From assembly GCF_032062105.1 (NCBI RefSeq), contig NW_026921048.1, positions 62,001 to 126,000 of the forward strand: 64,000 nt of DNA, written 5' to 3'. Under the pieces are notes generated by a model that saw only the letters and a list, made by a program, of their open reading frames with translations, was not told the DNA's origin and made no database searches. Within the stretch, counting starts at the first letter, position 1; the number at the start of each line of letters is the position of its first letter. Shown here piece by piece: positions 51,897 through 62,400 of this stretch. The translations under genes were made by a program, and so were the position numbers. Source of the stretch: Saccostrea cucullata. Its lineage: Eukaryota.

Positions 51897-52201
51897 TAAA
51901 TGGTAAAAATCAGCCTATGTGATATTGCTAATTTTTTTTGTCATTTTGATCTTCCTCTTAAAATTCACCTGGCTTGGTATATTTTTCTAAAGTTTATATT
52001 ACACTTTTAGCGCCAAGATAACTTATTCTGAAATTTGTTTTCACCTTTAAACCTTAACTGAATGTGATTTGTCTATATTTGGTTTTTTTTTATTGAAATA
52101 GTACATATTTTTCCAAATCTATTTCATTTTCCAGTTCTTCTTCTTCAGACATGATATTAAATCTTTTTTTCAAAGAAAAAATTTGTTTGTATCATCTGTC
52201 C
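51897..52201. mobile_element. One-armed copy of the 19260-19877 fold-back element
   Basis: Spacer plus one arm, ending tttgtttgtatcatctgtcc|ttaa. Confidence 0.8.
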
Positions 52202-52994
52202 TTAAGCTAATTTACCGTCAAATGTTTCTTTAAAACAGCGTGAATTATCAAAAAATTATTCCTATGAAATTTGCTCTGTGTCATAAAGTCAATCAAACAT
52301 AATCATTGATAATTTGTTGAAATTTCGCAAACACTGCGTTGGTTGTTGTAAGTAAAATATCCATTTCTGTACTGTAATGAAACTGATTATTTTGTATATA
52401 TACTGATGAGCTGTAAAGCTTAAAGTGATAATAAAGAAAGAGGGAAGGAAAAAAAGTCCGCCAAGGACGGTACCCATTTTTGATGCCCATTATATATTTT
52501 ATGTTCATTGAAATCCACCTGCTCATGAGTCTATAAAACAGACAATAGGTTGCCGTAAATTTTACACATTTCAGAGAATATTTCTTTGGGATTCTTAACA
52601 AGTTGTACAGCAGCATAAATGAAGCTTTTAATTTCACTCTAGTTTACCGATTCTTTACCATTCATTTTTAATGCAGTGTCTCGAGTAGCTCTTGTTGTCC
52701 AGCTTCCCACAATGAAACTCTGTGATGAAAAGTAGTCACATAAATTGTTATCAATTCATTAAAGATTCAATAATGTGAGAAAGTCAACCTTAATGTTATA
52801 TGATTTCTATGTTGTATGTTATAAAGACCGGGGAAATATTAATTGAGCACCCTAGTACATGTAACTCGTAGATTTTTCAAGAACTGCTCCGGATTTCTGC
52901 AAATTTATTTAAAGATTTATTTTATTTATATAGCACCTAGCAACCAAAGTATCACATATGATATGTTCTTCTGTATCTTCAATTTTGATTACTT

Positions 52995-53420
52995 CTCAGT
53001 TTATTCGATACGCAAGACTTCAAGCATGTTCTAAGTACTGCATATGAACAAGTTATTGACACAAAGTTGATGAAACTAGAGTATCAGCAGTCTCTTTTAT
53101 CATGTTTCTATGCATCATTCCGTAAGTTCTATGGTCGAAGCGAAGACCTTGTCAGCAAATACAATATATCATTAAAGTCAAATGCCGACTAATAATTTTT
53201 ACACTATTTTTTGGGGCATTATTTACACACTGAATTGTCGACGGATTTTCAATTTTTTTCATCCCGATCATGAAAAGAAGTGCGCGAGTGTGACCGGACG
53301 GCAGGAAATGCTCAATCCTCCCTGGCACCTTATTCCATCTCTGATGTTTAATAGATCTGTGTTTGCTCTGCTGCAAAATTGGCTTTGTTTAATGGATTTT
53401 TAAAGCTAAATACTGTTCCT
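52995..53420 (+). mobile_element. Decayed Penelope-like RT C-terminus plus 3' end
   Basis: SQFIRYAR..KLMKLEYQQS..SFRKFYGRSEDLVSKYNISL, then gtgtgaccggacggcaggaaatgctcaatcctccctggcacc. Confidence 0.7.
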
Positions 53421-53737
53421 TATTCCCATACACATATTTCATTTGAAATTAAGGAGGTTCAATGGCTCATTACATCCACCATCGTCTAATATACCCACGG
53501 ATGATATACACCCGGATGATAAGTATAGACGACGCGGAGATCACACGTGGGTTTCCAACGATATACATGCACAGCTTATTTTAGATTTATAATAGTACCA
53601 TGCACTTACAACAGTATTATATAGATTTTCAGATATCGAAATGGAGATTATGATGCCTTGAAAAGGAATATATGGAGTAATTACCAATATTCCCCCAACA
53701 CCCCCACCCGAAAATCAAACTTTGACGGAGAAGGATA

Positions 53738-55456
53738 CGAGGGGTTATCAAAAAGTTCGGGGACTGGGGCTATAAAAGTAGTACTATGTTGTCTGGGCTT
53801 ACAAAATTTATATAGAACATAAAACAACTAAAAATAAAGAAATGTTAAAAATTGTAGCTTGATACGTTCATTATTTCCCAAATTATTAAAAAATAAAAAC
53901 GACATTATATGACCATCCGGCGCTGTCGCCGCTTAGTTTTATGACGTCCGACAACGTCATAGCTTCTTCTACCGCGTACACTTATTTTGATGAGATTCCC
54001 TAGAGATGAATAAGGACTTCAACCCGTCTTGTTTTTATGAATTTACAATGCCATGAACAGCAACTTCCAATGCGTATATATAATATTGCAAACGGATAAA
54101 ATGACCCCCCCCCCCCTTTGATATCATTTTCTAGATAATATTTGTTTGATTATTCAATGTAAAATTTACAATATAACTTCACAGAATTTCCAGAATGAGG
54201 TAAAAATTCCAAATTTAATGGAACAATAGTGTCCCAACATATACCTGAATTAAGGACGTTCTGTCCTGATATTTTGAGCGTATTTCGCGCAGGTCCTTTA
54301 TTCATAAAATTAAGCATCATTTTTAGGTTCTAACAATAAAACTTGATTCTTAAATGCAAATTAAATTATATTCAATGAAAAAACCGCGATTAAATTCCCT
54401 TCAAGTAGAATTGAGCTAGGGACTATATTTTGTGGCGGAAGGTTTTTTAGACGAAAATGGTCAGTTTTTTCAATTTGAACTATAATAGTACTGTTAATTT
54501 TGGATGCCTATTTTTCCATGCTGGTTGCACACAAAGTTGTTTTTTGCAGTGAAATCTGTTATGCTGGTTCTGAAATATCTATTAAATTATTTCTCATGAA
54601 TTCTATCAACAAAGTATGACAAATTTAGTAAATATATTCTGAAAATCCGGGAAAAAATTTAGCCAATTTTAACGTAAAATTCACACTTTTTTAGTAATAT
54701 TTGAAAATGTACATCATATACCCCCACTTTTGATGTTCTTTTCTAAATATTCAAGATAACTTTGACCTATTTGCTTAAATTCAGAAAAAGTTTACGACTT
54801 TAAAATAATTTTCTTGTTTATTATATTTTCAATGCCGGAAAAATAACACCTTATTAGTGCAGAAAGGTCAAATAATTGATTATGCGAAGCAATTTGAAAC
54901 TTTTTCTAAGTCACAATTTTTAAGTGTCTATTTTTAAACAGACTTAGAGTTCATTTTGTTTCATGCTTTAATTTGATAAAAATATTGGAGGGAAAACGTC
55001 GAAGATGTAATTTTTAATTAAGACACAAATTTCAGTGCAGAAAGGTCATATTAAATATATTGTAGCGCTAAAAGAAGAATATTGACCCCCATTTTTTGAT
55101 TTGAATTTTAATTAAGCTATGTATATAGAAACTAAAAATATACTTGGCAAAAAAAGTTTAAGACTTTAAATATCAGGATCGAACGTCGTTAAGGGGATTT
55201 TTGGATGTCAAATGTGCATATCAAAATAGTTTATCTTAGCTACACTTAGGCCGAAAAAACGTCGTTTTCGAGGTTGCCTGGACGTACCATTGCTCACAGA
55301 AACTTAACTAATTTATCTAAAAATAAATTTTATTATTTGTGGTTAATTCTATAGATAGAAAAGATGATGATAACTAAATATTTTAAAGTTCATTGAAGTA
55401 CCTAAAGCGGTTTTCATTTTATGACGCTAGTCCACGAACTTTTTGATAACCCCTCG
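53738..55456. mobile_element. Tc1/mariner-type non-autonomous element (1.7 kb)
   Basis: ta|cgaggggttatcaaaaagttcg ... cgaactttttgataacccctcg|ta. TIRs are related to those of 3407-4365 but the interior differs. Confidence 0.88.
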
Positions 55457-55538
55457 TATAATAATGTTCTCAAACAGGGGGATATCTGCAGATTTCAAAG
55501 CACTAAATATTTTCTTAAGCCATAACGTTATATGTGTG

Positions 55539-56152
55539 CAAGACCGTAACTACCATAGAGGCAAGTGAGGCAAATGCCTCACTAAATTTTTTAGCGTTTA
55601 CTGAAAATTGAAAAAGTTTTAAATTGAACTTATAAATGAATTAAATATGTGTGTCTTCGTGCTAAATTAAATACTAGTACTTTCAACTTATGTTTCAATT
55701 TTAGAACGCATGAAAAATATAATTCAAAATGAAAAGGTTTGTTTTGTAAATTGTTTGATTGATTAAAATCCTTTCTAAGAATTTCTCATTCATATTGAGA
55801 CACCACTTCTTGCCGGTGCAGAGCTGCAAGTTTTAAATCTGTGACATAGGACCTCTGTTCTTACGATCTCATCCGAAGGACCGGTCTCTACATCCTGCAG
55901 TGGGATTCGAATCCCGAAGTAAGGACCAGTTCCTTAGTCTGCGACTCTAGAGGATATATGCTATAACCACTGTGCTATGCTGGCGACAATTCAATATGTA
56001 AAACTTTTAAAGATTAAATACCCAGGTTTCAGGATCCCCTATCACTGTGCACATGGCCATCAGGTACTACACTTATTTGTCAACTTCCTTCTGGGATTAG
56101 GAATGCCCAACATCCTTGCCTCATTAAAACTTTGGGCCTAGTTACGGCCCTG
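55539..56152. mobile_element. Old hAT-like MITE containing a SINE
   Basis: caagaccgtaacta ... tagttacggccctg termini with gaggcaa/ttgcctc subterminal motifs. TSD not preserved. Confidence 0.55.
55752..55987 (-). mobile_element. tRNA-SINE copy with internal deletion
   Basis: Reverse complement: gtcgccagcatagcacagtggttatagc..ctctagagtcg..gattcgaatcccactg..gagaccggtccttcggatgaga, with a (CAAT)n tail. Confidence 0.8.
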
Positions 56153-56465
56153 GTTTGATATGACGTAGTTGAAATATATTTTTAAAAACAGCTTTTCAAA
56201 ACTCTAAGTTGACACAGACAAATCCATGTTACTCAAGATATGACCTCCGAGTTATCAAAGTTCTAGTACTGTAAATATATTAAAAGCCGCAGCTTTTAAA
56301 TGTAAAGAACAGATGTACAAGAATATTAAAATGAGATATTTCATGATGATGATGGTTTTCAGTATAGAAAACTGTCTCTCTTAAAATATTTGACAAAGTA
56401 GGTGATGTGATAGGTGATGTGATAACACCTGATTTTATGTTTTAATTAAGGATGACAGATGATAC

Positions 56466-56926
56466 TGTAACCAGGTTTATGTATTATTTAATGCCTTTAA
56501 TTACTATACTAGCGCTGCGTATATGTGAGAATGTGGTGTGAAAAACTTTGTGTGAATGAGGTTGTTGTTATTTTTAGACACTAGACGGACAGTCACATGA
56601 CTTTATCCTATTCACCAAATTCCCGCTTTCACGCACTAACATCGGGCACTCTGAGCCTAGCCGTTGAATTGGTTAGATGTGTACTCTACTCTATAGTCAA
56701 TAACAGATAGTAATATTTGTAATTCCTGTGTGTGTCCCGGTAAGAATCTATTCTAAAGTAAAGTCTATTATGTTTTAATTATCTGTCTAAATGTCTGTCT
56801 ATGTGTCGTCTATATGTTGTGTGTAATTGTAATATTTCAGGTTTTTGACGTCTTATTTCAACATTAATAAATATAATATTGAACCTGAACCAGATTGTTA
56901 GTTCTGATGTTTTACCACTGGCTACA
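56466..56926 (+). repeat. 5' LTR (461 bp)
   Basis: tgtaaccag ... ctggctaca inverted termini (TG..CA), aataaa near 56866, PBS 2 nt downstream. The left boundary cannot be confirmed without the second LTR. Confidence 0.8.
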
Positions 56927-56928
56927 AA

Positions 56929-56940
56929 TGGCGCCCACGC
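56929..56940 (+). promoter_or_regulatory. Primer binding site, tRNA-Lys-like
   Basis: tggcgcccacgc. The first 9 nt match the tRNA-Lys(CUU)-type PBS TGGCGCCCA. Confidence 0.7.
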
Positions 56941-58090
56941 AATTCTAATAAACCGGGACATCACACCAAAGCTTTATTTCCTTGGAATCTCAATTCCCGG
57001 GGGACGGACTTATTGAGACGAGGACCGTGGCTGAGACGAGCCGGAGCGGTTACTTCTATTTTCACGCCAGTACCTATACCATGGAAACCCATATGAAGAG
57101 GTGATTCTGTGTGTGTTTGTGCCTGTGCGTTTATATTCCGTTATTACCAAGGAACGACAGAGTGAAAAAGTGTGTCAACTTTACGCGAATTCAGTGTTTC
57201 ACGAATGGCGGGAATACGCACGGATCCAAAGGCGCGGCGAACCACGTGACCCGCACGAACCGCATTGATCCGCGAGGAAACTCGGAACTAAGCAACGAGG
57301 CCTCAGGTACTGTGTAATTCAGTGATTACTTATCTGTTCTTATATGATGTGATTATCCTGTGTTGTATTTGTGTCTGTATTTGTGCTGTGAAAGATTGAA
57401 TTTGTTTTGTCATTTTGTCATCTTCTTGCATAGGGAATTCCCGAGTTTATTTTTAGATCTAAATTTAGAACAAGCTTCCGGAAATTCTTTAAACAGCTGA
57501 TCGATCAATTTTGTTTTTCGATTTCATTTTCATTTCTGTTTAACATTTGAACTTTATTTTTTTTCTTGGTGTTTATAAAAGCAATATTTTTTTAATTCAG
57601 GCCTGCTATTTATTTACTTGTAAGGTTATTTGTTTATTTTGTTTTGATTTTTTTTTCTGAAAAATTGTAAAGTTTATCATTTCTGTTTTGGAATTGAAAT
57701 TTATTTGTGTACTTTTGGAAATTGATTATACCGGGAATTAGTTAAAAAAAACCTTGTATTAGAAATTAGGTCATCATTTCTTTGCACTTCCCTTGCATGC
57801 TACTAACCTTTGCACTGACATGGCAACTTTGACCTTTAGTGACAGATGATGTGCATGAGTGTTACTTTGTCTGAGTGTGTGTATATGCTTGCCAATGATA
57901 TTTTTCATGAGATTTGCATATTGCATATCTGCGCTGCGTTTTTATGAATTGATATAACAGGTGATTACAGGTTACTTAATGTACTTTATCAAGTTTATTA
58001 CTAGTAAGTGATACATTTGAGTGACCATTAGTTGAACTTTAGTGTTATTGAAAGTTTGTTTGACTTGTGTAGAAAGTTGAAGAGTCTAAA

Positions 58091-59401
58091 ATGGCAGATA
58101 AGGTTGAAGAGTCTAAAAAGGCAGATAAGGTGTCTGAAAAACTCAAGAAGTTACTTGATAAGGCTAAAGAAGAGGGTGGTTCATTGCATGAGGAAAGTAA
58201 GTTGGACTTTGCAGGTGTTTCAGAGGCAGATGTTCCAAAAACAAGTACTCCTGTTGTAAGTAAAGATCAAAAGCCATTAATGTTCCCCAATGCTAAAACT
58301 TCTGAACCATATCAATTCCCACCCCCTCCCAGTGTACCAGCTGACATTGGTAAAGGTGACCCCTATGGTGAGGTTAAATTTAAGAGTTTCAGTGGTTTAC
58401 CCCCTCAAAGCAATCCCTTTAAATTAAGTCCAGAAGGGAACACATCCCATTTTTATGAGGTAACACATTCTCAAATCCCTAGAATTCCCCAGTTTTCTGG
58501 TGATGAACCCCCACAAAAGGGTGATGTTACTTATAGAGAGTGGCGATATGAGGTTCAGTGTCTTATGAATGATCCTGAAATAAAAGAGACAGTTATTATT
58601 CAGAGTATCAGAAGATCTCTGAGGGGTACAGCTAAAACCATGCTTATTCCTCTTGGTGAAAAAGCTAGTGTACAAGAAATACTTGACAAACTAAATATTT
58701 TATTTGGTGAAGTGTCAAATAATGCTATGATCATGCAAGAGTTCTTTAATGCATATCAATTTCAGGGTGAGTGTGCAACATCTTTTGGGTGTAGATTAGA
58801 GAGCATGTTACAGAATGCAATTGACAATGGTTATTTGAATAAATCATCAAAGAATGATTTACTCCGTCATAAATTCTGGACTTCGTTGAGTTCTGATCGG
58901 TTAAAATCACAAACGCGTCATAAGTACGATACGCTTAAGAACTATGATCAGCTTTTACTTGAGATTAGAAGGGTTGAGAAAGAAATTATGATCAACAAAA
59001 AGAGTTCAGAAAAGGTGAGTCAAGGTGTTGATAAAAATCCCAGGTTACATCAACATGGTATATCAGTAGAAAGTGAAGCTGAGGAAAGAATTAACAAGAA
59101 AATTCAGAATTTACAGACAGAGTTAGAGGGTAAGATTGAGGATAAGTTTAGTCAGATTTTGATGAAACTTGATGCACCTAAAGTTGACTCTAGACAAGAT
59201 TATAGTAGAGGGAGAGGTAGCTTCAGAGGAAGACAGAGTACTAACCGAGGAAGAGGTGAGTATTTTAGGGGAAATTCTCACAGTAGTGACTCCTACAGAG
59301 GAAGTCGAGGAAACCTGCAAAGAGGTCAGTATAGAGGATATGGTAAGCCCAAGGGACAGTATCATAGTTCAGGGACAGAGAAGCAGGACCCAAACTTTTA
59401 G
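58091..59401 (+). CDS. gag: Gag, PNMA/Ma-like capsid, 436 aa, RG-rich C-terminus
   Basis: IPRIPQFSGDEPPQKGDVTYREWRYEV..IRRSLRGTA..FFNAYQFQGECATSFGCRLE capsid motifs. No CX2CX4HX4C knuckle. Confidence 0.92.
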   Translation: MADKVEESKKADKVSEKLKKLLDKAKEEGGSLHEESKLDFAGVSEADVPKTSTPVVSKDQKPLMFPNAKTSEPYQFPPPPSVPADIGKGDPYGEVKFKSFSGLPPQSNPFKLSPEGNTSHFYEVTHSQIPRIPQFSGDEPPQKGDVTYREWRYEVQCLMNDPEIKETVIIQSIRRSLRGTAKTMLIPLGEKASVQEILDKLNILFGEVSNNAMIMQEFFNAYQFQGECATSFGCRLESMLQNAIDNGYLNKSSKNDLLRHKFWTSLSSDRLKSQTRHKYDTLKNYDQLLLEIRRVEKEIMINKKSSEKVSQGVDKNPRLHQHGISVESEAEERINKKIQNLQTELEGKIEDKFSQILMKLDAPKVDSRQDYSRGRGSFRGRQSTNRGRGEYFRGNSHSSDSYRGSRGNLQRGQYRGYGKPKGQYHSSGTEKQDPNF

Positions 59402-59453
59402 TGGTCTCTACTAGTGGCCGAGGAGAGACCAGTGTACTCAGAGGTAATGGCCA
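59389..59453 (+). promoter_or_regulatory. Programmed -1 ribosomal frameshift signal (gag-pol)
   Basis: C CCA AAC heptamer in the gag frame (59389-59395), 6-nt spacer, stem tggtctct/agagacca (59402-09 / 59424-31). pol lies in the -1 frame. Confidence 0.75.
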
Positions 59454-62400
59454 ACAAATTAAATGTGACATGATTGGTGAGTCAAATGAAGTAGAAATTG
59501 TGTTACAGGGTGTGACTATGATGAATGCTTTATTAGACAGTGGGTCTATGATTACAACATTGTCTGATAAAGAGTACAACAATCTTATAGACAAACCAGA
59601 GTTGAAAGAGTTGTCTACCCTTGGACTGCAAATATCTGTAGCGGATGGTTCAGTTCTGCAGTACAAAGGTTACATTGAGTGTACAATCAAGATACTCGAT
59701 ATTGAACTATTTGTTCCAATCGTGATAGTACCAGATACAGAATTCAACAGACACTGTCCTGTTATTGTTGGAACAAATATTTTGAGAATCTGTAGAGATT
59801 ATTACTCGCATATGTCCTGTCAGTTACCTGATGCATGGCAATTGGCTATTGACAGTACACAGTGCAAGTCATATTGTGTCAAAACAACTAGTAAGAAAAA
59901 CATAACTATAGAACCATATCAGTCGCTTGTTGTCAATGGAATAGCAAGAGGTGTAGACAGAAATATTTCTACTTTAGTGACTGAGAATTCTCATAGTAAT
60001 GACAGTTATGCAGTGTGTCCGAGAGTTGTCACTTTGTCACAGAATATTGTCAAACCCAAAGTCAAAGTCAAGGTGTGCAATATTTCTGCTAAACCTATTA
60101 CACTGAGACCCAATTCAATACTTTGTTCTCTACAGGAAGCAAAAGTTATTGAAAGTGTATCTACCCTAAAGGGGAATAACTCTCAGTCAGATAAGGTGAA
60201 TCCTATAGAGTTGGGTGTGAAAGTAGATAGGACTTCATTATCAGAACCACAGTTTAAAACTGTGAACCAATTACTGACAAGGTATAGTCATGTTTTCTCC
60301 AGAGGTCCATTGGATCTAGGGAAGACAGACTTGGTCAAGCATAGTATCAAACTTGAAGATAAGACTCCATTTAAGTTACCTTACAGGAGAATACCTCCTG
60401 GTATGTATGATGAAGTGAGACAGCATATCAAAGAAATGCTAGAGGCAGGTGTGATAAGAGAATCCCACAGTAACTATAGTTCTAATGTTGTCTTAGTTAG
60501 AAAAACAGACGGTTCTCTTCGCTTTTGTATCGATATGCGTGTTTTGAATTCAAAGACTCGTAAAGACAGTTACATGCTACCACGCTTTGACGATGTCATT
60601 GATACACTGAGTGGTGCCAAGTACTTCAGTAAATTAGACTTGCGGTCAGGATACTGGCAGGTGGAGATAGAGGAACAGGACAAACACAAAACAGCTTTCT
60701 CAGTAGGTAACTTTGGATTTTACGAATGTAATAGAATGTGTTTTGGCTTGACAAATGCTCCAGCAACGTTTCAAAGACTTATGGAGAAATGCATGGGTGA
60801 AATTCATCTCAAAGAGTGTTTGATTTTTCTTGACGATATTTTGATTTTTTCCAAAACTTTCGAGGAACATTGTAAACGTTTAGAAAGAGTGTTTCAGAGA
60901 TTAGAAGAACATGGCTTAAAACTTAAACCTTCAAAATGTGAATTTTTCAAACAGTCTGTTACATATCTAGGTCATATTATTTCAGAGTCAGGAATTTCCA
61001 CGGACCCAGAAAAAGTTGCTGCTGTTGCGGAATGGCCAACACCTACCAATGTTAAGGAACTGAGACAGTTTTTAGGGTTCATTGGCTACTACCGGCGATT
61101 TGTGAAGAACTTTGCCAGTATCATTGCTCCATTAAACAACTTGTTGAAAGGCCATGAGACCAAAACTAGTAAGAAGCAGAAGGCACTCAGTAAACCAAAC
61201 TCCAAGAAGAAACCAGTACCATGGATTTGGACAGAAACGGAGGAAAAGGCTTTCCGGGACATCAAGGAAAAATTGACAACACCACCTATCTTAGGGTATG
61301 CAGAATACAACAAGCCTTTTATACTACATACGGATGCCAGTTCCAAAGGCCTGGGAGCAATCCTGTATCAAGTGCAAGGAGGTCAAAAGAGGGTGATTGC
61401 GTACGCAAGCAGAGGACTGAGACCCAGTGAGAAGAACTACGCAGCACACAAGCTCGAGTTCTTGGCGCTTAAGTGGGCGGTATGTGATAAGCTACATGAC
61501 TACCTGTACGGGAATCAGTTTGAGGTAATCACGGACAACAATCCGCTAACTTACATATTCACCAAGGCCAAGCTTGATGCAACAAGCCAGAGATGGGTAG
61601 CCAGTCTTACTAATTATAACTTCCAGATTTCATACAGAAGTGGAAACTTAAATGCAGATGCTGATGGTCTATCCAGGAAACCAGTGGTTTTTAAGGACAC
61701 GGTTAAGGCTCTTTGTAATGCTGCTTCAGTACAGATACCATGTTGCCAGAGTGTTTCCAAGGAAGATGCCCCTCAAGCCGCGGATGAGGAGATTTTCCCC
61801 AGCGACACACTCAGCAGTCATGACTGGATAGAAGAACAGTCCAGAGATCAAGCCATCAACAGAGTTCTACAGATCCTGAAAAGCGATTTCCGACCCAGGG
61901 GAGGAAATATACGGAAAGAATCTCCAGATGTTCAGAGGTACATGAGAATTTTGAAGAAGCTGCAAGTGGTAGATGGAGTTCTTTGTAAAACCGCTTTCCA
62001 GGATGGTAAGAGATCTTATCAGTTAGTAGTCCCAGAGAGTTTTCGATCAGTTGCATTACAGGGAATACATGATGATGTCGGACACCCAGGAAAAGATAAA
62101 ACCCTTTGGTTAGCCAGACAGAGATTTTATTGGCCAGGCATGGAGAACGACATCACTAGGAAGATAGAGACCTGTAATAGATGCATATGTAGTAAAACAC
62201 CTGTGAGACCTGCAGCAGAACTTATACCGATTGTGACGACAAGACCCATGGAGTTAGTTTGCATAGATTTTCTGAGTTTAGAACAATCCAAAGGAGGCTT
62301 CGAGAGTATTTTAGTCATAACGGATCACTTTACCAGATTCGCTCAAGCCATTCCATGTAAAAATCAAACTGCTCATACTACAGCTAAAGCTTTATTTGAT

